Counted from the stretch's first letter, positions 44,136 to 54,094 are shown. The stretch: DNA of 64,000 nucleotides from Longimicrobiales bacterium (GCA_036377735.1 DASUXU010000014.1:6410-70409), one strand, 5' to 3'. The notes: generated from the letters alone by a model not told the origin. Program-made: numbers and translations.

Positions 44136-45145
44136 GCGACGAGTCCGCGTACTGCCGTCAGCATCGCATCCACCCCGGCTTCCGGCTCGACCTGCTGATG
44201 CAGCACCCACACGCGCTCGCGCGGCAGCAGCCGTTCCAGCTTCACCCAGTCCTTCGCGGTCGTCACGATCGCTCCGTTTCCTGCCTTCTCGAGAATGGCT
44301 GCGGCGTCGGCTTCTGAATAATCGTGGTGATCCGGGAAGAATGCACGGCCGGTCAGCGTGGCACCGGCCGCGCGCGCATTCTCCTCGAACGACGCCGGCT
44401 GTGCGATGGCGGTTACGAGGAGCGCACCGGCCGCGGGCGGCGCTGCTGCCGGTCCGTCCCATGCACGGTCACCCCGTCGCCAGGTTGCCGCATTCAGGTG
44501 CACGATCGCGACCTCTCCAGGAAAGAACCGGCGGATTCCGCCCGCCACCATCATCGCGGTTTCGCTGTCCACGCTGCGGCGGGTCACGATGATGTGGGTT
44601 GCGCGGCGGAGCGCGTGCTCCGGCTCACGCCACGGGCCGCGCGGCAGCGTACGCCGGCGTATGCCCCAGGTCTCTGCAGCGACGAGCACAATATCGATGT
44701 CGCGTTCGAGACGACGGTGCTGGAATCCGTCATCGAGCACCAGGACATCGGCGCCTGCACCGATCGCGGCACGTCCGGTCTCGACCCGGTCCCGCCCGGC
44801 AATAACGGCAATGTCGGGGTTGAGCTTCTGATGCAGTGCAGGCTCGTCTGGTGCGTAGCCGCCGTGCAGTACGGCAGGATGCCGGCCTGCATCGCGCAGC
44901 ACGCGCGCCAGCCACGCCGTTACAGGTGTCTTGCCAGTCCCACCGATCGCGACGTTGCCGACGCTCAGAACAGGTGCCGGCAGACGCACGCTCTGCAGCG
45001 AGCCGCCGTCGTACAGCGCGTTGCGGGTGGACGTGATCCCGCGGTAGAGGGCCTCTGCGGGTGCCGTGATCACATCGAGCGCTCTGCCGGTCCCGCCGAG
45101 ACGGCCATCCCACCAGTCGAGCACTGCATCATGCAACGACTTCAT
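44132..45145 (-). CDS. lpxK: Tetraacyldisaccharide 4'-kinase
   Basis: The P-loop is VGNVAIGGTGKTP. The protein is 337 aa. Confidence 0.87.
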   Translation of the reverse strand: MKSLHDAVLDWWDGRLGGTGRALDVITAPAEALYRGITSTRNALYDGGSLQSVRLPAPVLSVGNVAIGGTGKTPVTAWLARVLRDAGRHPAVLHGGYAPDEPALHQKLNPDIAVIAGRDRVETGRAAIGAGADVLVLDDGFQHRRLERDIDIVLVAAETWGIRRRTLPRGPWREPEHALRRATHIIVTRRSVDSETAMMVAGGIRRFFPGEVAIVHLNAATWRRGDRAWDGPAAAPPAAGALLVTAIAQPASFEENARAAGATLTGRAFFPDHHDYSEADAAAILEKAGNGAIVTTAKDWVKLERLLPRERVWVLHQQVEPEAGVDAMLTAVRGLVA

Positions 45146-45776
45146 CGAGCTCCCGGGTCAGCGCATCGAGCGCGTGCTTGAGCTGAAGTCCTATCGCATC
45201 GAGTGCGGACTCGTCCGCATCGCGCGGAACGTGGATCGGTTCGCCGAAGCCCAGCACGACACGCGCAAACGGTTTCGGAATCAGGAACCGGTCCCAGCCG
45301 CCCAGCCACCAGGCGCGGGTGGCAGCAGCGCTCGCCGGAACGATCGGCAGGCCGGTGAGCTGCGCCGCAATCAGCACACCCGGCTTCACCTCTTCGCGCG
45401 GTCCGCGCGGTCCGTCCGGCGTGAACACCAGCATCTTCCCGGCGCGCGCATACCGCAGCATCTCCCGCAGCGCCTGCGTTCCGCCGCGGCTCGACGAGCC
45501 GCGCACCGGGTTGAACCCCCAGTTCTGCACAATGCGCGCGATGTATTCGCCGTCGCCGGACCTGCTGATGATCGGCACCAGTCCGCGGTTGCGGTGGTGG
45601 TACGTGAGCGGCATCAGGCGACCGTGCCAGTGCGCGAAGATCAGTCCCGAATTGGTCTTCCAGTTCCCGGCATAACGCTCGCCGCCGCGCACCTCCCAGC
45701 GGCACGAGCCGAGCAATGCGCTGAGCGCGGCCTGCCCGGCTCGACTGCCGAGGCGATAGCGCCACTCTTCCTTCAT
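45129..45776 (-). CDS. DUF374 domain protein (lysophospholipid acyltransferase-like, lipid A cluster-associated)
   Basis: The motifs are IFAHWHGRL and FTPDGPRGP. It sits between lpxB and lpxK, with an ATGA overlap to the lpxB stop. Confidence 0.75.
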   Translation of the reverse strand: MKEEWRYRLGSRAGQAALSALLGSCRWEVRGGERYAGNWKTNSGLIFAHWHGRLMPLTYHHRNRGLVPIISRSGDGEYIARIVQNWGFNPVRGSSSRGGTQALREMLRYARAGKMLVFTPDGPRGPREEVKPGVLIAAQLTGLPIVPASAAATRAWWLGGWDRFLIPKPFARVVLGFGEPIHVPRDADESALDAIGLQLKHALDALTRELDEVVA

Positions 45777-46921
45777 CGATGTCCCGCCATGAGCTCCGCC
45801 GCCATCTCCGTCACGCGCGCGGCCGCACCCGGCGATCCGGCCGGTGCGTGCAGCCGCGCACGCACGCGCGCCAGTCCGTCCAGTGCGCGCGTTCGCGCTG
45901 GTGACTCCTGCAGCAGCGGCAGAATCTCAGCCGCAACAGCCTCAGGTGTAACGGCGTCCTGGATCAGCTCCGTTGCGAGTCGCTCGTCGGCGACGAGATT
46001 TACGAGCGCGACATGCGGAACTTCCACCACGTGACGGGCGATCAGGTAGCTCAGCGGATTCATTACGTAGCCCACCACAAGCGGCGTGTCTGCAATCGCA
46101 GCCTGCAATGTCCCCGTTCCGGATTTCACGACTGCCGCGCGCGCGTGATACAGCAGCTCCCACGCATCCGGCGTACGCGGCAGCTTCGTCGAACCGTACA
46201 GATCCGCGCTCAATCCGCTACCTGCTGCGATTACGGTCTGCACCGTCGGCATCTGTCTCATGACGATGTCCGCCGCGGCTGTGAATGGCGCGACGAGCCG
46301 TTCCACTTCCTGGCGGCGGGATCCGGGAAACAGCGCGAGGATTGGACGCTCCGGATCGAGACCGAGGGACTCGCAGAACTCCGCGCGCGGCCTGGCCGGC
46401 GGTGGCGAGTCGAGCAGCGGATGCCCCACGAAATGCGCGTTCGCACCCGCATCGCGGAACAGCTTCTCCTCGAATGGAAGAATCAGGGCGAGCGCGTCCG
46501 TCACGTCGGCCAGGTCATGGATGCGGCTCCGATGCCAGGCCCATACCTGCGGCGCGATGTAGTACAGCACCGGGATGTGGCGGTTCTGCGCCATGCGTGC
46601 GAGCCGCATGTTGAAGCCCGGGTAGTCGATCGGAATGACCAGGTCAGGGGGTGAGGCGCGCAGGCTGTCGCGCGCCTGCTGGAGCAGGTTGATGAAGAAG
46701 GGGAGCCTGCCGATTACCTCGGCGAACCCCATGACCGCCAGGTCGTCGACATGGGCCATGAGCTCGACGCCCTCCGCGGCCATCCGCGGACCGCCCAGGC
46801 CATACAGCGTGGCACCCGGCCAGCGCTGCCGCAGCGACCGCGCGAGTGCGGCACCGTGATGGTCTCCGGAAGGCTCGCCCGCCGACAGGAATATCCGCGG
46901 CGCGCTTCGTTGGGGAGGCAT
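45773..46921 (-). CDS. lpxB: Lipid-A-disaccharide synthase
   Basis: The N-terminus is IFLSAGEPSGDHHGA. The protein is 382 aa. Confidence 0.9.
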   Translation of the reverse strand: MPPQRSAPRIFLSAGEPSGDHHGAALARSLRQRWPGATLYGLGGPRMAAEGVELMAHVDDLAVMGFAEVIGRLPFFINLLQQARDSLRASPPDLVIPIDYPGFNMRLARMAQNRHIPVLYYIAPQVWAWHRSRIHDLADVTDALALILPFEEKLFRDAGANAHFVGHPLLDSPPPARPRAEFCESLGLDPERPILALFPGSRRQEVERLVAPFTAAADIVMRQMPTVQTVIAAGSGLSADLYGSTKLPRTPDAWELLYHARAAVVKSGTGTLQAAIADTPLVVGYVMNPLSYLIARHVVEVPHVALVNLVADERLATELIQDAVTPEAVAAEILPLLQESPARTRALDGLARVRARLHAPAGSPGAAARVTEMAAELMAGHR

Positions 46922-46923
46922 CG

Positions 46924-47952
46924 TCAGGCCAGCTGCTGCTGCCCCGCAATGTGACGGCCGATCCGCTCGATGATCTCCAGTGCGACGGCGAGCGCGCGTC
47001 TTCCATCATCACCAGTGACAGGTACCGGCGCATCGCCCCGGACTGCTGCAATGAAGCTGGCCAGCTCGAGCGCGAGCGGCTCGCCCTCGACACCCTGCAG
47101 CGGAATGCGCTCGATGAGACTGAGGAGCCCTGCCGGGAAGGGCGATGCGGCCGCACCGCCGCTGCCCGCCGCCGCCGCAGCAGCCTGGAGCGCTTCCAGC
47201 GAGACACCCGGCTTGAGACGCAGGAACTCACCCTTCCCTGCCGCCAGATCCAGGCTGATGTAGCCCGAGCGCTGGAAGAACCTGATCTTGCGCATCCGCT
47301 CCATCGAGATGCGGCTCGCCGTGAGGTTGGCCACACCGCCGCCGTCGAACTCCAGCCGCGCGTTCGCAATGTCCGGGCTCGTCGTCAGAACAGGCACACC
47401 AACAGCAGCGATCGTTTTCACGTCGCGCCGCATGAGGCTCAGAACCAGGTCCAGGTCATGGATCATCAGGTCCAGTACGACTGCGACGTCGGTGCCGCGC
47501 GCGCCGAACGGCGCGAGACGATGACTCTCCACGAACATCGGCTCCTCGATGTACGGCTCGCACGCGCGCAACGCTGCATTGAACCGCTCGACGTGCCCGA
47601 TCTGCACCAGCGCATTCGCCTCCTGTGCCGCTGCCAGGATGCGGTCCGCAGCATCCGTGGTCGGTGCAATCGGTTTCTCGATGAGAACGTGGACACCGCG
47701 CTCGAGCGCCGGAACAGACACCGCTTCGTGTGCGCTTGTGGTAACGGCCACGACGACCGCGTCCGTGCGGTCCAGCAGCTCGCGCAGATCCGCAAACGCC
47801 TGCGTCTCGAGTGTCGCCGCGACCTCGGCCGCGCGCGCCTCGCTGGCATCATGGATACCGACCAGCCGTGCGCCGGGCAGGCTTTTCAGAATGCGCGCGT
47901 GATGGAAACCGAGACTGCCTGTGCCGACGACACCGACCCGGACGTCGCTCAC
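46924..47952 (-). CDS. Gfo/Idh/MocA family NAD-dependent oxidoreductase embedded in the lpx cluster
   Basis: The Rossmann N-terminus is VRVGVVGTGSLGFHHARIL. The EKP motif is present (VLIEKPIA). The GTG at 47952 lies 2 nt after the lpxA stop. Confidence 0.8.
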   Translation of the reverse strand: MSDVRVGVVGTGSLGFHHARILKSLPGARLVGIHDASEARAAEVAATLETQAFADLRELLDRTDAVVVAVTTSAHEAVSVPALERGVHVLIEKPIAPTTDAADRILAAAQEANALVQIGHVERFNAALRACEPYIEEPMFVESHRLAPFGARGTDVAVVLDLMIHDLDLVLSLMRRDVKTIAAVGVPVLTTSPDIANARLEFDGGGVANLTASRISMERMRKIRFFQRSGYISLDLAAGKGEFLRLKPGVSLEALQAAAAAAGSGGAAASPFPAGLLSLIERIPLQGVEGEPLALELASFIAAVRGDAPVPVTGDDGRRALAVALEIIERIGRHIAGQQQLA

Positions 47953-47953
47953 G

Positions 47954-48751
47954 TCAGACCGTGACGCCGCGTTCGCTGTGCTCGACGAAGTCCAGCAGCA
48001 GATCGAGCTCTGGGGCGGACGGCAGCGTCGCACGGGCTTCGGCAAGCGCGTCGCGCACGTTCAGGCTGGACTGGAAAAGCAGGCGATACGCCCGCCGGAT
48101 GTCGACACGCACTTCCCGGCTGAACCCCCGTCGCTGCAGGCCGACGGAGTTGAGACCGAAGAGACGCATGGGATGGCCGGAGGCCTTCACATACGGCGGT
48201 ACGTCCTTGCGCACACCCGACATGCCGCCCACGAAGGCGTGCGCGCCGATGCGCGCGAACTGGTGCACCGCCGACAGGCCACCCACGATCACCCAGTCGC
48301 CAACCGTGACATGGCCACCCATGTTCACCGCGTTCGCGATGACGACGTGGTCGCCGATCACGCAGTCGTGTGCGACGTGCGCGTAGGCCATGAACAGGCA
48401 GTCGCTGCCGATGTTCGTGCTGCCGCGCGCGGCCGAGCCACGGTTGAGCGTGACGAACTCGCGGATGACCGTGCGGTCACCCACCACGAGGCGCGACGAT
48501 TCGCCCGCGTATTTGAGGTCTTGCGGGTCGCCGCCGAGAACGGCGGCGGAATGGATCCGGCAGTCCTCACCGATCGTCGTGTCCCGCTCGATCACGACGT
48601 GAGCGCCGACACGCGTCCGCGCACCGATCGTGACGTTCGGGCCGATCACCACGTACGGACCGATGGTCGCGTCCGCAGCTATCACCGCGGTCTCATCGAT
48701 CACGGCGGAAGAATGAATGCTTCCGGGGGCTGTCGCGTCCGGCTGGATCAT
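47954..48751 (-). CDS. lpxA: Acyl-ACP--UDP-N-acetylglucosamine O-acyltransferase
   Basis: It consists of hexapeptide repeats (IHSSAVIDETAVIAADATIGPYVVIGPNVTIG..). The C-terminal helical domain has ..GLNSVGLQRRGFS... The ATG is at 48751. Confidence 0.9.
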   Translation of the reverse strand: MIQPDATAPGSIHSSAVIDETAVIAADATIGPYVVIGPNVTIGARTRVGAHVVIERDTTIGEDCRIHSAAVLGGDPQDLKYAGESSRLVVGDRTVIREFVTLNRGSAARGSTNIGSDCLFMAYAHVAHDCVIGDHVVIANAVNMGGHVTVGDWVIVGGLSAVHQFARIGAHAFVGGMSGVRKDVPPYVKASGHPMRLFGLNSVGLQRRGFSREVRVDIRRAYRLLFQSSLNVRDALAEARATLPSAPELDLLLDFVEHSERGVTV

Positions 48752-48761
48752 TCGGCGTGTC

Positions 48762-50048
48762 TCACTTGTCCACGATCCTCGCCATGAACTCCGCTTCTGC
48801 CACCGCTGCGCCGTCCACATACCCCACGCCGCGCATGCGGCAGACATGGCGGCGGAACTGCAGCATCTCCACCTCGAACCGCACCTGGTCACCCGGTGTC
48901 ACCGGGCGACGCCACTTCACGTTGTCCATCGACATGAAGTAGACAACCTTCTCGTCGAGATCCTCGATCGAGTCCATCATCAGCAGGCCGCCGACCTGTG
49001 CCATTGCCTCGATGATCAGCACACCCGGCATGATCGGGTGGCCGGGGTAATGCCCCATGAAGAATGGCTCATTGATGGTGACATTCTTGATGCCGACGAT
49101 CCGCTTTCCAGCCTCGAACTCCAGGATCCGGTCCACCAGCAGCATCGGATATCGGTGCGGCAGGTGCTGCATGATCTTGATGATGTCGACGATCGGCTTC
49201 CCGCCGGTCTGTTTCGCGTCCGCTTCCAGCAGCGCGCGCGCTAGGGCTAGATTGCCGGCATGGCTCGGCCGGTCCGCGATCACATGGCCGCGAATGCGGC
49301 GACCGACGAGCACCAGGTCACCTACGATGTCGCCCGTCTTGTGGCGAACGAATTCGTCCGGCCAGCGCAGGTCGCCCGAGATGAGCTTTTCCTCATCGAG
49401 CACCACGGCGTTTTCCAGCGTCACGCCCCGCGCGAGACCGCGGTTACGAAGCGCCTCCGCATCTTTCAGGAAGCCGAATGTGCGCGCGCCAGCCAGCTGA
49501 TCGGCAAAAGCCGATGCGCCGACGTCGAACGATCCGAACTGGCGACGGATGAGGGGGTGTGGAAACTCGATCGTGCTGGAAATGCGGTAGCCGTCGAACG
49601 GCACCGCGACATAGCTCTCGCCGCGCTCCGCAGACGCGCTGACGGATTCCGTAACGACCAGCATCTTCGCGGCCGCCTCCTGTTCCTTCAGACCCGCGCC
49701 CTGGAGGACATCGAAGAACGGACGGAAGCTGCCGTCGAGGATGGGAATCTCCGGACCGTCCAGCTCGATCCGCAGGTTGTCGATGCCGAGCGCGCCCACG
49801 GCGGCCAGCAAATGCTCGACGGTGTGCACCGACGCGTCGCCTGCCGCCAGCGTGGTACCGCGGTCCGTACCGGACACGTTCGCCGCCAGTGCCGGCACTT
49901 CGGGCGTGCCCGGCAGGTCCCTGCGCACGAAAACGACGCCGGCGTCCACAGCACCCGGGACAAAGGTCAGGCGGGCCTGCTGCCCGGTGTGAAGACCGAC
50001 GCCCTCGAGCGTCGCGCCATCTGCAATCGTCTGCTGTTTCGCCGTCAT
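48762..50048 (-). CDS. lpxC/fabZ: Bifunctional UDP-3-O-acyl-GlcNAc deacetylase / 3-hydroxyacyl-ACP dehydratase (LpxC-FabZ fusion)
   Basis: The N-terminal LpxC part shows GVGLHTG, TVEHLLAA and the HV..D..SH region. The C-terminal FabZ part shows LPHRYPMLLVDRI and GHYPGHPIMPGVL. Both lie in one uninterrupted 428-aa ORF. Confidence 0.9.
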   Translation of the reverse strand: MTAKQQTIADGATLEGVGLHTGQQARLTFVPGAVDAGVVFVRRDLPGTPEVPALAANVSGTDRGTTLAAGDASVHTVEHLLAAVGALGIDNLRIELDGPEIPILDGSFRPFFDVLQGAGLKEQEAAAKMLVVTESVSASAERGESYVAVPFDGYRISSTIEFPHPLIRRQFGSFDVGASAFADQLAGARTFGFLKDAEALRNRGLARGVTLENAVVLDEEKLISGDLRWPDEFVRHKTGDIVGDLVLVGRRIRGHVIADRPSHAGNLALARALLEADAKQTGGKPIVDIIKIMQHLPHRYPMLLVDRILEFEAGKRIVGIKNVTINEPFFMGHYPGHPIMPGVLIIEAMAQVGGLLMMDSIEDLDEKVVYFMSMDNVKWRRPVTPGDQVRFEVEMLQFRRHVCRMRGVGYVDGAAVAEAEFMARIVDK

Positions 50049-51070
50049 GACTCCGTTGTTGCTTCCCCGCCACCCTTCCCGCCGCGCAGCTGGCGGAGCA
50101 GGGACGGCAGTCGATTAATGGCTGCCTGCACCCGCAGCGCTTCCTTGTGCGGCCGGGCCGGATATCCGCTGTACGTCGCACCCGCCGGTACATCGCCGAA
50201 TACGCCGGCCTGACCGGCGATCGTCGCGCCGTCACCGATCCGGATATGACCGTTGATCCCCGCCTGCCCCGCCAGTGTGACACCCCGTCCGACTCGCGTG
50301 CTGCCCGCAACACCGACCTGCGCGATGATCACGGTATGCGCACCGATCCGGCAGTTGTGCCCGATATGAACGAGGTTGTCGATCTTGCAGCCGTCCCCGA
50401 TCTCGGTGGCACCCACGGAGCCGCGGTCGATCGTTGTGTTCGCGCCGAGCTCCACGTCCCGACCGATCACGCACGTTCCAACCTGCGGAATCTTCCGGTG
50501 ACCGCCCGCGGTGAAGTGGTAGCCGAAGCCGTCCACTCCTACGCGCACGCCCGAATGCAGGATACTGCGCTCACCAACCCGCGTGCCGTCATACAGCGAT
50601 ACCTGCGGGTGAAGGTAGGCATCGTCACCGAGCACGCAATCCCGGCCGATCACGGTGTGCGCACCCACGTGACACCGGTCGCCCAGGCGTGTCCCCTCGC
50701 CGATTACCGCGAATGCACCGATCGTCACGTCGGCACCGAGCTCCACGCTCGCGCCGATGACCGCCGTGGCATGCACACCGGGCTCCGGCACACGCGGCGG
50801 GTAGAGCCTGGGCAGTATTCCACCCAGCGCCGCATACACGTCGCCCGTGACGAGCCTGGCAACGGTCGAGGGGACGTGGTCGGCGAGGGCTGCCGGGACG
50901 AGGACCGCGCCGGCGCGCGTGGCGCCCGCATCATCCGCGTAGCGCGCACTGGAGAGGAAGGAGAGGTCTGACGGACCGGCACGATCGAGGGGAGCGATCC
51001 CGGTGAGTTCCGGATCCGCTCCCCCCTGCAACGTGGCGCCGACCGCTGCGGCTGCTTCGGACGCTTTCAC
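50045..51070 (-). CDS. lpxD: UDP-3-O-acylglucosamine N-acyltransferase
   Basis: It has the LpxD N-domain followed by a long hexapeptide-repeat left-handed helix. The protein is 341 aa and starts with GTG. Confidence 0.9.
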   Translation of the reverse strand: MKASEAAAAVGATLQGGADPELTGIAPLDRAGPSDLSFLSSARYADDAGATRAGAVLVPAALADHVPSTVARLVTGDVYAALGGILPRLYPPRVPEPGVHATAVIGASVELGADVTIGAFAVIGEGTRLGDRCHVGAHTVIGRDCVLGDDAYLHPQVSLYDGTRVGERSILHSGVRVGVDGFGYHFTAGGHRKIPQVGTCVIGRDVELGANTTIDRGSVGATEIGDGCKIDNLVHIGHNCRIGAHTVIIAQVGVAGSTRVGRGVTLAGQAGINGHIRIGDGATIAGQAGVFGDVPAGATYSGYPARPHKEALRVQAAINRLPSLLRQLRGGKGGGEATTES

Positions 51071-51095
51071 GCCGCGCGGAACCGATGCGGCTGCG

Positions 51096-51635
51096 TCAGT
51101 TTCCGCTCGCCGTGGCGCCCGGCGCCTTCAGGCGTGCCAGCACCTTCTGCGTCAGGTCCAGTGACGGGTCCGCTGCGACCATTGCTTCGGTGGCCGAATC
51201 GAAGATGATTGCGTAGCCCTCGGCCGTGCGCAGCTCCGTGATTGCCGCCTGAACCTTGTCCATGATTGGCGTGAGCAGCTCCTTCTGGCGGTCGGTCGCC
51301 TTCTGCTGCAGCTCCTCGTAGCGCGCCTGGAAGGAATTCTGCTTCGCCACGATGTCCGCCTGCTTCTTCTGCTTCGCATCCGGCGACATCACCAGCGACT
51401 GCTTCTCGAAGTCCGCCACCATCGTCTTGATCGAGTCCTCCGACGCGGCCAGCTGCGCCCGCCAGCTCGTCAGCTCCTTCTGCAGCGTCTGTGTCACTTC
51501 CGCCGCACCGGGCGCGTCACGCAGGATGATGCGGGAATCGACATAGCCGATCTTCGTCGGCGCCTGCGCCGAGGCTGTGCCTGAGAGCGCCGCAATGCCT
51601 GCGACTGCGAATACGAACGTCATTGCCTTACGCAT
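51096..51635 (-). CDS. skp: OmpH/Skp periplasmic chaperone
   Basis: The signal peptide is MRKAMTFVFAVAGIAALSGTASA-Q. The body is coiled-coil rich with Lys, Glu and Gln. It sits between bamA and lpxD. The ATG at 51635 is preceded by AGGGG. Confidence 0.8.
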   Translation of the reverse strand: MRKAMTFVFAVAGIAALSGTASAQAPTKIGYVDSRIILRDAPGAAEVTQTLQKELTSWRAQLAASEDSIKTMVADFEKQSLVMSPDAKQKKQADIVAKQNSFQARYEELQQKATDRQKELLTPIMDKVQAAITELRTAEGYAIIFDSATEAMVAADPSLDLTQKVLARLKAPGATASGN

Positions 51636-51652
51636 TATGCACATACCCCTGG

Positions 51653-54094
51653 TTAATATCCCTGACCAAACTTGAAGTGGATCTGCCAGCTCGGACGGTC
51701 CTTGTCGAAGCCGTACGCGTAGTCCAGTCCGATCGGACCGAATGGCGTGACGATCATGGCTCCGATGCCGGCACCGCGCAGCAGCTGCGTCGGATTGATT
51801 TCTGACGCGCCGCGCCACGTGTTGCCCGCATCGTAGAACAGGCTGAGCGAGATGTTGTCCTGGAACCGCATCGCGATCTCCGAGGACAGACGCATGTAGG
51901 CGTCGCCGAGCCGGTCCTCGAGGCGGATGTTACACCCCGGCTCCCCAAAAGTGCAGCGGGCGCGGTACCCCAGCGGCGTGATGGTGGTCTCGTCGTACCC
52001 GCGCAGCGGCCGGCCGAACTGGACACCGCCCATCCAGAAGCGGTCGAACGGGAACCGCGATGCGTCCCCGACGATCGAGCCGCCCTCCGCCGTCAGGCCG
52101 AGCGTGAACCGGATCGGCTTCTGCTGAGCCTGCGCCGACCCGATCGCACCGACCGGGACGAACCAGCTGCCTGCATACGAATACTTCTGGAACTGACCGT
52201 CGCCCTGGAGGAAGCCACCCGTGAACTCGGACTCGAGCGTCTGCGAGCTGCCGGATGTCGGGAACAGCGGGTGGTCCAGCGTAGACCGGCTCAGTCCGAG
52301 CGAGAATGTGCTCTGGACCCCGGGCGGCAGCGAGAACAGGGACTCGGTCTCATCGTCGTCGAAGTTCTCGTAATGCGTCCGGGAGAGGGAGTAGCCGAAG
52401 CTGAAGCGCGTCCGGTTGTCGCCCGGCACCGGGATGCCGAAGCGCAGGGATCCGCCGGTCCGCTTGCGGCGTCCCTCGGAGAACGTGAAGAATCGGTCGG
52501 TCGAGCTGAAGAGCGATACTGCACCACTGAGCCAGGACCCACGGATGGATGGGTCGCTGTAGCTTGCCTCGAAGTTGTTGGAGTACCGGCCGAACTCCAG
52601 GCGCAGGTGCCCGGTCTTCGCCTGGCCGAACAGGTTCGGCGAGTCGTAGCCAAGGAAGCCCGCCAGGCCGCCGTAGCCGCCGAGCGACGTGCCGAAGTTT
52701 ACCGACCCCGTCTGTTTCTCCTTCACGTCGAACGCGATGTTCACCTCGCCCGTCTCAGGGTCAGTCGACATCGCTGGCGGCGCGAGGGGTGTCTCGAAGA
52801 AGCCCGTACCCGCAATGCTGCGATAGCTCTGAAGCAGCAGCTCCTCACTGTATACGTCACCCGGCAGCAGAAGGAGCTGGTTGCGGATGATGTTCTCATG
52901 CGTGTACGTGTTGCCGCGGATGCTGACCGTTCCTACCGTTGCCAGAGGACCCTCGTTGATCGTCCACGCAACCTTCACGGCCGGCAGACCCGTGCTGTCC
53001 GCCGGCAGCCGCTCGATGACCGGCTGGACCTCTACGTAGAGGTAGCCATCCGAGCGATAGACTCCCTCCACGTCCCGCGTAGCGCGCTCGAATGCGAGGG
53101 CGTCGAATATGTCACCTGCGTTGTTGCGCGTGGTCCGGATGCCCAGGCCGCCCAGCACGCCGCTGCCCGTCTGATTCACGAAGTACTGCCGCAGCTCCTC
53201 CGCAGGATAGCGCCGCGCTCCCTGCACCTCGAAGTCCGCCAGCCTGTACTGCTGTCCCTCAGAAACACGGACCAGCAGACGCGCCTTACCCGTCTGCGGA
53301 TCCACGATCAGCGAGTCGCCCGTCACCACGAAATCAATATACCCCTTCGAGCCGTAGAATGCGGGCAGGTTGGCGCGCAGGTCCTCACGCACCTGCTCCT
53401 CGTTGTACTCACCCTTCCGGAACCAGAAGAACCCTTCCTTCTTCGTACTGATCTGGCCCTCGAGCTCGTCGTCGTCGAAAACGGTATTGCCCTCGAATTC
53501 GACATCGGCGATCGCCACGTGCTGACCCTCTTCGACATCGATGATCAGCCGCACTTCGTTCGGCCGGTCCGCAATCGGCTCGGTCCTGTCCTGGATGCTC
53601 GTGACGCGGAATCCCTTCTCACCGAGCAGCTGACGCGTCATGGATTTCGCGCGGGCGATCTTCTCCGGATTCAGCGGCTGGCCTGCGGCAAGCCCCGCAG
53701 TGTCGCGGATCACCGACGCACGCATGTTCTGCAGGCCGCGGATCTCGATGTCGCTGACGATCGGCTGCTCCTTCAGAACGAACCGCAGTGTGACACCGGC
53801 CGAGGCTGCGGCACTGTCCGGCTCGACCGCGTCCACACTGACGTCCGAGAACTGCGCCGTCGCCCACAGTCGATGAATCGCGTCGTCAATGTGACCGAGC
53901 GTCACCGAATCACCGGGATTGATTGCGATCAGCTGCCTGATCGTCGCCTCCGGCACGCGCATGTTGCCCGTGACCTCGACCGCCTGGACGGGCTGCGGAC
54001 CGCGCGCCTGCGGGTCCTGCGCCGTCGCCGCGCCTGCGGAAATGGAAAGGGCCGCCGCCACCGCGGCGGCCCTCACAAACTGAGCTGGAGTCAC
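51653..54094 (-). CDS. bamA: Outer-membrane protein assembly factor BamA
   Basis: It has POTRA repeats followed by an Omp85 beta-barrel ending ..FKFGQGY. The GTG at 54094 gives the signal peptide VTPAQFVRAAAVAAALSISAGAATA-Q. The ATG at 54148 is possible but would overlap clpC by 38 nt. Confidence 0.9.
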   Translation of the reverse strand: MTPAQFVRAAAVAAALSISAGAATAQDPQARGPQPVQAVEVTGNMRVPEATIRQLIAINPGDSVTLGHIDDAIHRLWATAQFSDVSVDAVEPDSAAASAGVTLRFVLKEQPIVSDIEIRGLQNMRASVIRDTAGLAAGQPLNPEKIARAKSMTRQLLGEKGFRVTSIQDRTEPIADRPNEVRLIIDVEEGQHVAIADVEFEGNTVFDDDELEGQISTKKEGFFWFRKGEYNEEQVREDLRANLPAFYGSKGYIDFVVTGDSLIVDPQTGKARLLVRVSEGQQYRLADFEVQGARRYPAEELRQYFVNQTGSGVLGGLGIRTTRNNAGDIFDALAFERATRDVEGVYRSDGYLYVEVQPVIERLPADSTGLPAVKVAWTINEGPLATVGTVSIRGNTYTHENIIRNQLLLLPGDVYSEELLLQSYRSIAGTGFFETPLAPPAMSTDPETGEVNIAFDVKEKQTGSVNFGTSLGGYGGLAGFLGYDSPNLFGQAKTGHLRLEFGRYSNNFEASYSDPSIRGSWLSGAVSLFSSTDRFFTFSEGRRKRTGGSLRFGIPVPGDNRTRFSFGYSLSRTHYENFDDDETESLFSLPPGVQSTFSLGLSRSTLDHPLFPTSGSSQTLESEFTGGFLQGDGQFQKYSYAGSWFVPVGAIGSAQAQQKPIRFTLGLTAEGGSIVGDASRFPFDRFWMGGVQFGRPLRGYDETTITPLGYRARCTFGEPGCNIRLEDRLGDAYMRLSSEIAMRFQDNISLSLFYDAGNTWRGASEINPTQLLRGAGIGAMIVTPFGPIGLDYAYGFDKDRPSWQIHFKFGQGY

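Noticed and set aside
42549-44462. N-terminal extensions in the track ORFs of nadB (109 aa), bshC (80 aa), pcm (110 aa), ABC-F (62 aa), rtcB (112 aa), lpxA (47 aa), skp (61 aa) and plsY (24 aa).
   Set aside because: The extensions are Arg/Gly/Ala-rich, overlap the upstream gene and are absent from the known family N-termini. In each case an internal start coincides with an ATGA/GTGA overlap or an SD-like motif.
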